Assembly: GCA_043228905.1 (NCBI GenBank)
Contig: JBHGNT010000005.1
Span: 15,810,001-15,874,000, forward strand
Direction of reading: 5' to 3'
Source of the DNA: Azolla caroliniana
Taxonomy: Eukaryota; Plantae; Polypodiophyta
DNA: 64,000 bases
Of the stretch, positions 12,866 to 23,755 are shown piece after piece (position 1 is the first letter of the stretch; the number at the start of each line of letters is the position of its first letter). The notes below the pieces were generated by a model. The model was not told where the DNA came from and made no database searches. It was given only the letters and a program-made list of their open reading frames with translations. The position numbers and the translations under genes were made by a program.

Positions 12866-15800
12866 ATGGATAGAGGCATGGCTACGTCGCTCCCGGTGGA
12901 GAAGCTCGACAGGAGCAACTACGCATCCTAGTCTCACAAGATGCACCAGTACCTGCTTGGACACGGGTACTGGAGTTATGTCGAAGGAGCGAATGATGTG
13001 GCGCCAGACACGGCACACAAGGACTTCCCGGTATGGGAACAGGCGGCAAGCTGGGTGATGTACTGCTTCGCGTCCAGTGTCGGCGATCAACTGCTCAGCC
13101 ACATCCGTGACGCCAAGACAACAAAGGATGCTTGGAGGAACCTGAAAAAGGTTTTCGCCGCAAGCACCATTGCCCGGAAGTTGCAACTCAGACAAGAGTT
13201 GAGCAATGTTCGACAAAAGAACATGTCCGTGGCAGACTACACGGGCCGGATAAAGGAGATCTGCAACTCGCTCGCCTCTATCAATGTTACCGTAGAGGAA
13301 GACGAGATGGTGCAAGTATGTCTCGGAGGCCTGGCGTCCAAGTTCGGAGCGTTCCGGACTGCGGTGTGTACAAGGGAGAATACCCCCTCATTCTTCGACT
13401 TACAGTCGATGCTCCTTGTAGAGGAGAACCACGCCGGTGCATCTACCAGTGCATCCCCGGATATCCGAATGCTGTACACGGGAACGGATCGGTTCCGTGG
13501 GCGTGGTGGAAGAGGTGGGTCGGCACACAATGGAGGCGGCCGGCAAGAGCAGGAACGAAGGCACTATGAGCGTGCCGACAGCAGTTCCGGGACTTCCACA
13601 ACCAGGGGGAGTCAAGGCGGTGTCGGAGGCCGGCAAGACAAATCCGCTACGGAATGCTGGTACTGTGGCAAAAAAGGCCACAGGGAAAGCGAGTGTTGGA
13701 GAAAGCGTGCCGATTCGGACAAATCCGGATCCGGCAAGACCGGTAAGGATGGCCGGCAAAACTCGCACTACGCAAACGGATCAGGAGGATCCGGAACCGG
13801 AAAGGCCGGTAAGGGGCCAGCCTTGGTGATGAATCACAAGGCAAACTCAATGAAGAAGACTACTTCCAAAACGGAGGAAGTGTGGTATGTTGATTCCGGC
13901 GCGTCGAACCACATGACGAGCCACAAAGAGTGGTTCTCCTTTCTGGAGAAACCGGATCAACCAGGAGTGGTCGAAACCGGACTTCCACACTCCTCACCCA
14001 ATCGTGCATGTCGGAGAAGTCCCTCTAAGCCACGTCCGACAAAAAGGGAAGCTGATGAACGTATTACACATTTCGACAATCACGAAGAACCTGGTGTCCG
14101 TCGGTCAAATTGTCGACCAGGGGATGCAGGTGCGGTTTATGCACCTCGGGTGCTTCATTGAGGATGAGGGCGAAGTCATTGCGCAAGGGCGCAGAGACGG
14201 GAGGATGTTTATCCTCGACACCAATGACTTTGGCACTGCTCTGTTCGCGAAATGACAGAAGGTCGAGTCGGACATCAACCTGTGGCACAAGCGGATAGGC
14301 CACGTCAACTACCGGAGGCTTCAAGACCTACAAACGAAACAAGTCGTTTTCGGTATGCCGAAGTTCAGCGGCCGGAGAGCCGAAATCTGTGAAGCCTGCC
14401 AACTTGGGAAGCAACACCGGCTTCCATTCCCCACCGAACGGAACCGGAGCCGTAACAAGCTCGATCTCATCCATTCGGATGTGTGGGGACCGGCACAAAG
14501 TGTAAGCCTTGGCGGGAGCCCATACTTCGTCTCCTTCATCGACGACTATACTCGACATACTTGGATCTACCTCACTGAGCGGAAGAGCGAAGTCTTCAAC
14601 TGTTTCCGGAGCCTCCAGAAGATGGTGGAACGGGAATCGGAGAGGAAGATCAAATGCCTTCGGTCGGATGGCGGAAAGGAATATTTTTCCGGCCAATTCA
14701 CTAGTTATCTACAGCAGAAGGGAATTCGGCGAGAGTTCAACTACAGATACACACCAGAGCAAAACGGTGTGGCCGAAAGGAAGAACCGGACACTCGTCGA
14801 AGCGGCAAGGGCAATGCTGGAGGAAAAGAGCATGCCCCGGTTCTACTGGGCGGAGGCGGTTCAGACGGCCGTCTACATACAAAACCGCATTGGTGACAAG
14901 GTGTCAGCTCATGAGCTGTATTTCGGGCGCAAGCCGAACTTAAGACACCTTCGGATATTCGGCAGCATAGCGTATGTGCATGTGCCGGATCAGAAGCGGA
15001 GAAAGCTAGATGCAAAATCGGAAAAATGCATCCTAGTCGGCTATGCTCAAGAGCAAAAGGGGTATTAGTGCTATAACCCCCGGACGAAGGAAGTCCGAGT
15101 TAGCCGGGATGTCGAGTTCAATGAATCGGCATCCTGGTACTCCGTACCGACTCCGACTTCCGATCCGGACCCACTGTCGGAAGATCAGGCCAGTGAGCCT
15201 GAATCAGCCCTAGCAGAGGATGATGAAGCCGGGACTCAAGATGAGAGTCCGGAATCGTTACGAATGAGTGGACCGAACGAGCGACTGAGTCGGTTGGACC
15301 AGTCGGATGAAGAGACGGCAAGTGGTGGAGACTCTGCCGTGCTCTCCCCGTGCAAGGAACCGAGGAAACGGTTCACGCGCAAAGAGAAGGGGAAGAGGAA
15401 GATGCCGGAATTCGAAACCGGCAACGATGATTCGGATCGGTGCGTATCCAACTCCGGAAAGGAGAAAGGCATATCTTCGGCAACGAAGACCGAACTGGCC
15501 AAGAAGGGCCTCAAATCAGGTGACGGTGCGTTGCGCCGATCAACCCATCAGTAGGATCCTGTCATGCGGTACGGGTACAATGAATACATGGCGCATCATT
15601 ATGCGTACATGACTAAGGTGACAGAAGTGCGTGAACCGGAGAGCTACGCAGAAGCGGCAAAGGACGCAAATTGGCGTGCCGCTATGGACGAAGAAATGCG
15701 GGCACTCGATGCCAACGAAACTTGGGACCTAGTTGATCCTCCCCGTCACTGTAAACCGATCGGATGCAAGTGGGTGTACAAGGTCAAGTACAACGCTGAC

Positions 15801-17909
15801 GGTTCTGTTAACCGGTACAAAGCCCGGTTAATGGCGAAGGGATACGCGCAGACCCACGGAATCGACTACGACGAGACCTTCGCTCCTGTGGCGAAGATGA
15901 CGACGGTTCGTGTGGTACTGGCGGTTGCTGCGGCAAGGGGGTGGCATCTTCACCAGATGGATGTGAAGAACGCCTTCCTTCAAGGAGAACTTGAAGAAGA
16001 ATTCTTTATGACTCAGCCCCCCGGATTTCAATCGGAGATGAACAAGTCGGCGGTATGCCGACTGAAGAAGTCGCTTTACGGCTTGAAGCAAGCCCCCCGA
16101 GCCTGGAACGCGAAGATCACGCACCAGTTGCGTAAGCTAGGGTTTGTTGTCTCTAAGTCAGACTCTTCGTTGTTCATCCGGCAAGGCTCTAACGGTCCGG
16201 TATGTATACTCTTGTATGTGGATGATTTAGTCATCACTGGACCGGGTCTTCCTGAAATCAACCACGTCAAGTCCCAGTTGTCGGTCGCATTCGAAATGAA
16301 GGACCTGGGGGACCTTCATTATTTTCTTGGGATCGAAGTGATCCGGACCCCCGACGGCATATTGCTCTCACAACGACATTATGTGTTGAATATGCTGTAT
16401 AAGTTTGGCATGACGGATTGCCGACCTGTCTCCACACCCCTGGACCGGAACCAGAAACTCCGTCCCAACTCCGGACCGGCCTGCAATGAGAAACAGTTCC
16501 GACAGGTTGTCGAAAGCCTGATCTACTTGACCATCACCCGACCCGACATCAGCTATCCGGTCGGCATGGTAAGTCAGTTCATGCAGAAGCCGACCGTGGA
16601 GCACCTTCAGTGCGCGCAACGAATATTACGGTATGTCAGCGGCACTAAGGACTGGGATCTGCTATATCGGTGAGGTATACCCGAAGAGCTTGTCGGTTAC
16701 ACAGATGCTGACTAGGCCGGCGATGCGTTTGATCGCCGCTCCACTTCCGGATACATGTTCTCAAAAGGTAGCGTGGCCGTTGCATGGAGTAGCAAGAAGC
16801 AGCCCACAGTGGCTTTGTCAAGCACTGAGGTTGAGTACCGGGCCGCTACCGTTGCCACTTGTGAAGCCATCTGGCTTCGGCGACTGTTGCGAGACTTGCG
16901 GATCGAGGTACCCACCCCGATCCCGATTTACTGCGATAACATGAGCAGCCTACAGCTCGCCAGGAACCCTGTGTTCCATGCTCACACAAAGCACATCGAG
17001 GTGCACTACCACTTCGTGCGTGAGCGGGTCCTGAGCGGTGAAGTTGACCTACGGTATGTTCATACGGATCGGCAAGTTGCTGACATCTTCACCAAGCCGC
17101 TCGGATCGGACAAGTTGCAGCACTTTACCGACATGCTTGGTATTTAGCATCTCGACGTGCCACACTTGAGGGGGAGAAGCAAGGGCAAAGTCTCTACCGA
17201 AATGGGCAAAGGCCAAAGAACTGTTCAACCCGTCGGTAAGAGGAGAGCCGGAAGAAGAGGAGACAAGAAGATGAAGGAAGCCAAGTCGACGAAGGAAGTC
17301 GACACATCCGAACAGGTTGGAGCAAGCGGCTGTGAAGAAGAGTTGTGCACTTAGGAAGAGAAGTGCATGTTGTGCGAAGGTCATCACGACGGTACTGGCC
17401 ATGATATAGAGTCGAATGAAGAATTCGATTTCGGTTCACCGACTGAAGAAGCCGAGGGAAGCATGGAGAAGGCCAAGACTCGGAAGTGGTCTAATGTGCT
17501 GAGAGGCCTGAAGCCGGAAGTCGAATCGGAGTGTACCGATTCGGACAAGAGCTGGAACGAGTCGGAGATAGCTGACTCGGATCAACAGATGGATCCGGAT
17601 GAGTCGGATCGACTGAAGGCCAAGGGGACACGGACACAGCGGAAGTCGATGCCATCGTGGGAGAACCGACAAATCGGCAAGCGCCGGAGTCACAGCAACG
17701 TGAGTGCTGAGATGGGCCTATTGAGCAGACATGCCGACCGAGAGGGTCGAGGTGCGCAGAACCAAAGGGGTCGCGGCAAACGGGACCGGACCGGACGAGG
17801 AGTGCGAGCAAGGCGGAGTGACGCCAGGAGAAGTCGGTTGGAAGAACCGACTGCCACAGAGGTCGACACTACGACCCCACCTCAGGTTGAGCTTGAGGGG
17901 GAGTGTTGA
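12866..17909 (+). pseudogene. C gag-pol with C-terminal extension; several stops and a frameshift
   Basis: CWYCGKKGHRESEC, WYVDSGAS, HSDVWGP / SDGGKEY / NGVAERKNR, HQMDVKNAFL, YVDD, RH (YCDN, KHIE, ADIFTK), then a charged tail ending VELEGEC*. Confidence 0.95.
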
Positions 17910-18237
17910 GCGGCAAGCTCAACCGGAGCCGGATCGGCTGAATAAGCCGGAGCCGGTAAGCGAGACGGATCGGGCAAAACGGATCGGTATAACGGTGAGC
18001 AACCGAACCGGCAAGCAGTGGAGGCCGGGTGCAATCCGTAACCGGCAGTCCAATCGGAAGCCTAGTACAGGATAGACTACTAGGTAGCTATAGTCTCGTA
18101 GTAAGTGTCAGATGCTCGTGTGAGCATTGAAGTACATGGTACTTCTGTCAGTCCCAAGAGGACTTGTATAAATAGTGCTACTTAGCACAGTGTATATACG
18201 GAGTCTTGATATAATTTTGAAATTACATTCTGCTCTC

Positions 18238-18274
<37 letters not shown>

Positions 18275-18318
18275 GTGTTGTTCTCTGTTTTACGCTTCCG
18301 CAAACACTTACGTTCACA
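17904..18318 (+). repeat. 3' LTR of C
   Basis: Direct repeat of 12391-12771 with an extra 24-bp block near the start and a longer CT tract. Confidence 0.95.
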
Positions 18319-19711
18319 TCCACCCGTATCGGAATGCCGATCTCCTCGTGCCGTGTCCGCCCTCCGCCTCCTCGTAGGCCGTTTCCCATCCAACTTCGCT
18401 GGCATCGTGCCAAGACTCCTCGGTACCGCCATCCATCTCCTCGATCTTGCATGGGCATACAGGCCCGAATGCCGAGTTCTCCGGAATCAGGTCCGCGGGC
18501 TTTCGTTCGCCCTTTCCCCGTATCATCTCGCCGGTGAACCTTGGCCTATCGCCGCTGCCTTCCTCCGCTTGGGACTCACGTGGCCATTTGGGCCCGACTG
18601 CCATCATCTCGGCAGCAAGTATGGGAAGACACAAAGAATCGCCCGTCCGGTTTACGCCGTTTTCCGTAGCCACCGGCTCTCCGTGGTCGGCGGTCGTCTT
18701 CTTACCGATCGCGCAAGCCCCTTCTGGGCTTGCTTCCCCCATGACCGGGATCTCGGGCTGACACGCCCGAAACCGCTAGTCCCAACGTTCCGGTTCCGCG
18801 ATCTGTATCTCGGCCTCGTCCTTGGCCGTTCTATCTCCGCAAGTTGAGAGGGCGTTTCGTTCCGCACCCTCTCTCGTGGTACCGTCGTACCAATCTTCCG
18901 CCGTCGCGTGGGGCAGGTCCGTCTCCTCAGTCTCGGCTCGCGGCCTTGATCTTTCCTCTTCCTCGAGCATCGCCTTGAGAGCTGCGTACGCCTCCACAAT
19001 CATGGCCCCAACGCCGATCCTTGCCAACTCCCTTTTTCGTTCGTCCTCTTCCCGCTGTGATGGCACGCCGTCGCGTACCTTCCTCTTAGCCTTCTCGGCT
19101 CGCTCGTTGTCTAGCCGTTGGCACACCCTTCCGACCTTCGACCAGTCCTCCGTAAGCCCATTCTCTCCATCATCGTCTTCGAGCTCAATACCGATGGCCT
19201 CCCGTTCCATTCGGTCGATCGACCTGACGAACAATAGGACCTTGTCCGCCCCCACCAAACCTTGTTCCTGCTCCGGGAGCCGAGCAAGCCATCGCTCGAA
19301 CTCTCGGAACGCCTTGGTTGCGCCCCGGTGGGTCTTTGCCGATGCAACCCACTGGTCAAAGTCGTGTCGTCCCCGGCTCTTCTGCGGTCCTCCGTATGCC
19401 TTCAGGAGCGCCTCTTCGAAGGCCTCCCACGAACTATGAGCCTCACGGAGCTCCTTTATTTCCGCATGCATCCGGACAGCCACGACCCGACATAAGAACT
19501 CCAGCCTCAACGCCTCGTCTACGCCACGCTCCTCCATTTCCGCGTTGTAGGCTTCCAAGTAAGATGGGACTTTGTCCCCGTTGAAACGGCCGACTCTTTT
19601 GACCACTCGCTCAACCGCCTGTTGCGCTGCTTCTCGCCTCATCACCACTCGTGCCGACTCCAACACCACTTCGGCCACCATCTCCGCAAGGTCGTCGTCT
19701 TCCGACTCCAT
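18319..19711 (-). pseudogene. gag: G1 gag-like ORF (311-aa ORF continuing in frame past one stop)
   Basis: VGRFNGDKVPSYLEAY...DFDQWV...KVLLFVRSID is homologous to G2 gag (IGRFSGKDATSYLASY...DFMEWV...RVLLFVKS); 18314-18742 is in the same frame. Confidence 0.8.
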
Positions 19712-19726
19712 CCTCCCTTGCCGCCT

Positions 19727-19744
19727 TTCACGTCGAGTTCACCA
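19727..19744 (-). promoter_or_regulatory. PBS complementary to tRNA-Trp 3' end (17/18)
   Basis: Plus strand TTCACGTCGAGTTCACCA versus plant cytosolic tRNA-Trp 3' end TTCACGTCGGGTTCACCA (recalled). Confidence 0.85.
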
Positions 19745-19748
19745 AAGA

Positions 19749-19879
19749 TGTCGCGTTGTTACGCGCGTGCGTGGAGAAAGGCGGGACCACGGGGGTCTTG
19801 GACTAGGGAGTGATGGAGCGTAGGAAGTCGTGCTTCACCGTTTCCGGGGCAACCCAGAAGCACACCGGAAGCAACCGAA

Positions 19880-19915
<36 letters not shown>

Positions 19916-20521
19916 TTAACACCGACTCGCGCACACTCACTCACACACACACACACACAGGCCAACCCGACTCACACCCTTAAGTACAGGAAGTGCAGGA
20001 AAGGGGAAGCACCCGACACCAACGAAGACGCGAATATACACAGATAGACACAAACGTATATATGTATATAAAAGAGGAATACATTCCCGGCTTTGAGCCG
20101 GACCAAGGTAGGTTACAGTAGTCGTCAGCTGCCAAGCCGCCAGTCAGGGAGCTCACGGGCTCGTCGCGCCGAGTGGGGTCTTGCGCAGGAGATGAGCTGA
20201 AGCAAACCCTAAACGAACACGAAGGGGGAGAAGAAGACGAAACTAACTCTAAACCTAACGGTATACCCTCTAATGCAAAATGGGCAACCCTTTCACAAAG
20301 GGCGTTCCCTTCCTTTTATAGAACAAGGAAAGAGATGCGTTACAATGTGGGACAAATCCCGACTTACATGGGATCGTTTGTCCCGACTTGACTACTCTTT
20401 GGCGCCATAAAGGCGCCCTCGATATTCACACTAAATGTACATGGGTGCGTACACACGCTGCACCCCGCCGTCGTAGCCAATGTTTCCCGGATTCCGCCTC
20501 TGGCCGAAATTCTTCACGACA
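19749..20521 (-). repeat. 5' LTR of G1
   Basis: Direct repeat of 9919-10695; adjacent to the PBS. Confidence 0.95.
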
Positions 20522-22955
20522 ACGTATGGGGACTGGTGCAGACGGCTGCATTCGGCGGATGCCGATATTACGTGCTCTTCATCGACGACTTCTCCAGGCA
20601 CACTTGGATCTACCCGATACGACAAAAGAGCGAAGTGTTCGGACACTTCCAAAATTTCAAGAATGAAGTCGTGAAAGCCACGGGCCGACATGTACGATGT
20701 CTTCGATCGGATGGCGGCAAGGAGTACTTCTCGGACGATTTCACGGCGTATCTCCGAGAGGAAGGAATTCAGCGAGAATTCACTTGCCGACACACTCCGC
20801 AACAGAACGGAATAGCCGAGCGCAAAAATCGGCACATCCTCGAACTAGTGCGGGCTAGGATGAACGAGAAGCATATGCCCAAGTCATATTGGGCCGAACC
20901 TGCAAATACGACCGTCTACCTAATGAACTGGTGCACAACATCCAGCGTGCACGAGGTCACTCGACACGAAAAATACTTCGGAAAGAAGCCGGACTTATCG
21001 CACATCCGGATATTTGGCACGATAGCGTACATGCACATCCCCGACTAGAAGTGTCAAAAGCTTGATCCGAAGTCGGAGAAATGTATCCTCGTAGGATACT
21101 CATTGGAGCAACTCGAAAATCTCGAGTAAGTCGAGACGTCGTTTTTGACGAGTCCGCATCCTGGTATGCACCAGAGACAACTTCGCCTCCGACTCTGCAC
21201 GACCCGGAATCCGCCGAACAAGAGATCGAGGATGAAGATCGCCCTACACGCATGATCGAAGAAAGTTTGATCACGACCGGATTGAGTGAACCACAAGAGC
21301 CTTTGAGAGATCAAAGCATATCACGGCCTAGCCCGAACATGGACAAAGGCAAGGTGAAAATGGTGGAATACGCAGACGATCGCGTCGACGACGATGAGTC
21401 GACTCACTCACTCGACAGTGAGTTCGGCAGTTTTGAGGTACCAATCGGAGCTAAGAAAACCCTCATCTCTGCAAATGAAAAGCTCCACCGATCCACCCAT
21501 GAAAAGAACCCCATAAGCCGATTCAGCTACAACGATTATATGGCGTACCATTACGCCTTTATCATGAAATTAGCAACAGTATGGGAGCCGGAAACATTTT
21601 CCGAAGCAGCCAAGGATCCGTGATGGATCGACGCAATGAACGAGGAGACGTGGGATCTCGTTCCCACCTCACCACACAAAAAGGCGATCGTAGGCAAATG
21701 GATTTACAAAGTGAGTACAACGCCGACGGTTCCGTCAACTGCTACAAAGCGCGACTCGTAGCGAAAGGTTACGCCCAAACTCACGGAGTTGATTACGAGA
21801 AGACCTTTGCTCCGGTGGCAAAGATGACGACAGTGCGGACCGTAATTGCGCCTGCTGCGGCGAAACGGTGGCACCTCCATCAAATGGACGTCAAGAACGC
21901 CTTTCTACAAGGCGAATTAGAAGACGAGGTGTACATGATACAACCACCCGGCTTCAACTCGAGCACCAATCCGAAAGCTGTGTGCCGACTCAAGAAGCCC
22001 CTCTACGACCTCAAGCAAGCACCACGTGCTTGGCATTCAAAAATTACGCAATATCTTTATCAAATCAGCTTCCGTATGCCAAAATTGGACAACTCCCTCT
22101 ACATACGAAGCGATTCTGCAAGTCCTATCGTCATCATCTTATATGTGGATGACCTAGTCATTGGAGGTGAGCATCTCGTCGAAATCAATAAAGTCAAATC
22201 CCTCCTTTCCGACAAGTTCGAGATGACGGACATGAAGGAGCTCCACTACTTCCTTGGCATCGAGGTAATTCGGACTCCGGCCGGAATCATGATCTCTCAA
22301 CGGCACTACATCCTCAACTTGTTATACAAGTTCACGATAGCTGAGTGCAAATCCGCGGCAACCCCGCTCGATCGCAATCTCACTTGGAGTGCGCTAAGCG
22401 AGTTCTACGATACGACATCCTCTACAAGATCACGATGCCAATACGACTCGAGGGGTACACAAACGCCGATTGGGCCGGCTACAAAGGCGATAGAAGATCA
22501 ACCTCCGGATTTGTTTTTTCCCTCGGCAGCAGAGCAATATCCTGGAGCAGCAAAAAGCAACCAACCGTAGCTCTTTCGAGCACAGAAGCGGAATACAGGG
22601 GCGCGGCAGTCGCCGCATGTGAAGCCGTATGGCTCAAAGGATACTCAAGGATCTGGGCGTACCCATCAAGGATCCGACTTCCCTTTACTGCGACAACATG
22701 AGCAGTATCTATCTGGCTTGGAACCCGGTGTTCCACACACGGACAAAGCACATCGAAGTGCACTATCACTTCATCCGAGAGCGCATTCTAGCTGGCGATG
22801 TCGACCTACAACACATTAGCACCAATCTTCAAATGGCTGACATCTTCACTAAAGCCTTAGGAACCGACAAGCTGTGGCAATTCATGACCGATCCCGGATT
22901 GAGGATCCCTGACCTGCCAAGCTTGAGGGGGAGTACTGAAGACATTACGCAATAA
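20522..22955 (+). pseudogene. A1 integrase core-RT-RNase H, decayed
   Basis: Resumes HSNVWG across G1; FIDDFSR, SDGGKEY, HQMDVKNAFL, YVDD, YCDN, ADIFTK, LPSLRG. Confidence 0.93.
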
Positions 22956-23220
22956 CACGTGGATTCCGCAAACCGCGCACACTACGCAATAACGCGTGGA
23001 TTACGCAACCGCACAACGAATTCCTGAAGAGCTACACTACCGCGCAAAGCCGCGAAGAAAGACGCAAGCCAAAGCACAGACTTCGCAACTACGCACAACG
23101 CAAGCTAGATTACGGATTCCACAACTCCGCATAAAGCGAGTCGACACGAACTCCGGAACGCGAGTGGAAGCGGATTTTGGATACCGTCTAAAACCGACCT
23201 GACTTGAGCTTGAGAGGGCG

Positions 23221-23602
23221 TGTTAAGAATCAACCTCAACTTCGTCTAGTGTGTGAACTCACCTTGAGAGTGAAGAGACTCTCCAACGGTCAAGAGTCAC
23301 TATTATGTCACCACTTTCTATTCTAGCATTTAGTATGAGTCATAGAATCATATTCTATGACACATAACTTATGAGCTTTCACATTCCCCATGCTCCATGA
23401 GTCTTGTAGTTAATGAAGAGAGAGGGTGACTATATAAAGCACCCTCCTCCCACCTTGTATGGTGTTGAGTCTTTCTCCTTTGTTAATATACTTAACCTTG
23501 CGTATTCTCTGTGTCTTACTCTGTCTCTCTCTCTCTCTCTCATACACTCACACATATCTCTCACCTATTCCGCTATACAAGAATCATACTCGATTCTTTA
23601 CA
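23221..23602 (+). repeat. Shared central LTR (3' LTR of A1 and 5' LTR of A2)
   Basis: Preceded by a PPT (TTGAGAGGGCG) and followed directly by PBS TGGTATCAGAGC at 23603. Confidence 0.95.
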
Positions 23603-23755
23603 TGGTATCAGAGCGATTTGGTAGCTCGATCTAGCCCATTCGCCTCATCGTGATCGTGTATTGTGCTCCACGCTGACGACCAAGAATGGGCTCATCGCTA
23701 TCATAGCTTCGCTACATAGCTCACATTTGAAGAGAGAAGAAGAAGAATCGACATA

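Larger units (their letters stand above)
12391..18318 (+). mobile_element. Full-length Ty1/Copia element C nested in G1, 5-bp TSD TCCAC
   Basis: LTRs 12391-12771 and 17904-18318; TCCAC at 12386-12390 and 18319-18323; PBS TGATATCAGAGC (mutated Met-i) at 12772; PPT before 17904. Confidence 0.96.
9919..20521 (-). mobile_element. Non-autonomous gag-only Gypsy-type LTR element G1 (TR-GAG-like), tRNA-Trp primed, 4-bp TSD ACGT
   Basis: Near-identical LTRs 9919-10695 and 19749-20521; ACGT at 9915-9918 and 20522-20525; PBS 19727-19744; PPT 10696-10705; gag ORF present, no PR/RT/INT motifs seen. Confidence 0.9.
7844..23602 (+). mobile_element. Ty1/Copia element A1 (first unit of three-LTR tandem), interrupted by G1
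   Basis: LTR 7844-8071, PBS TGGTATCAGAG at 8072, gag-PR-INT-RT-RH, PPT, LTR 23221-23602. Confidence 0.93.
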
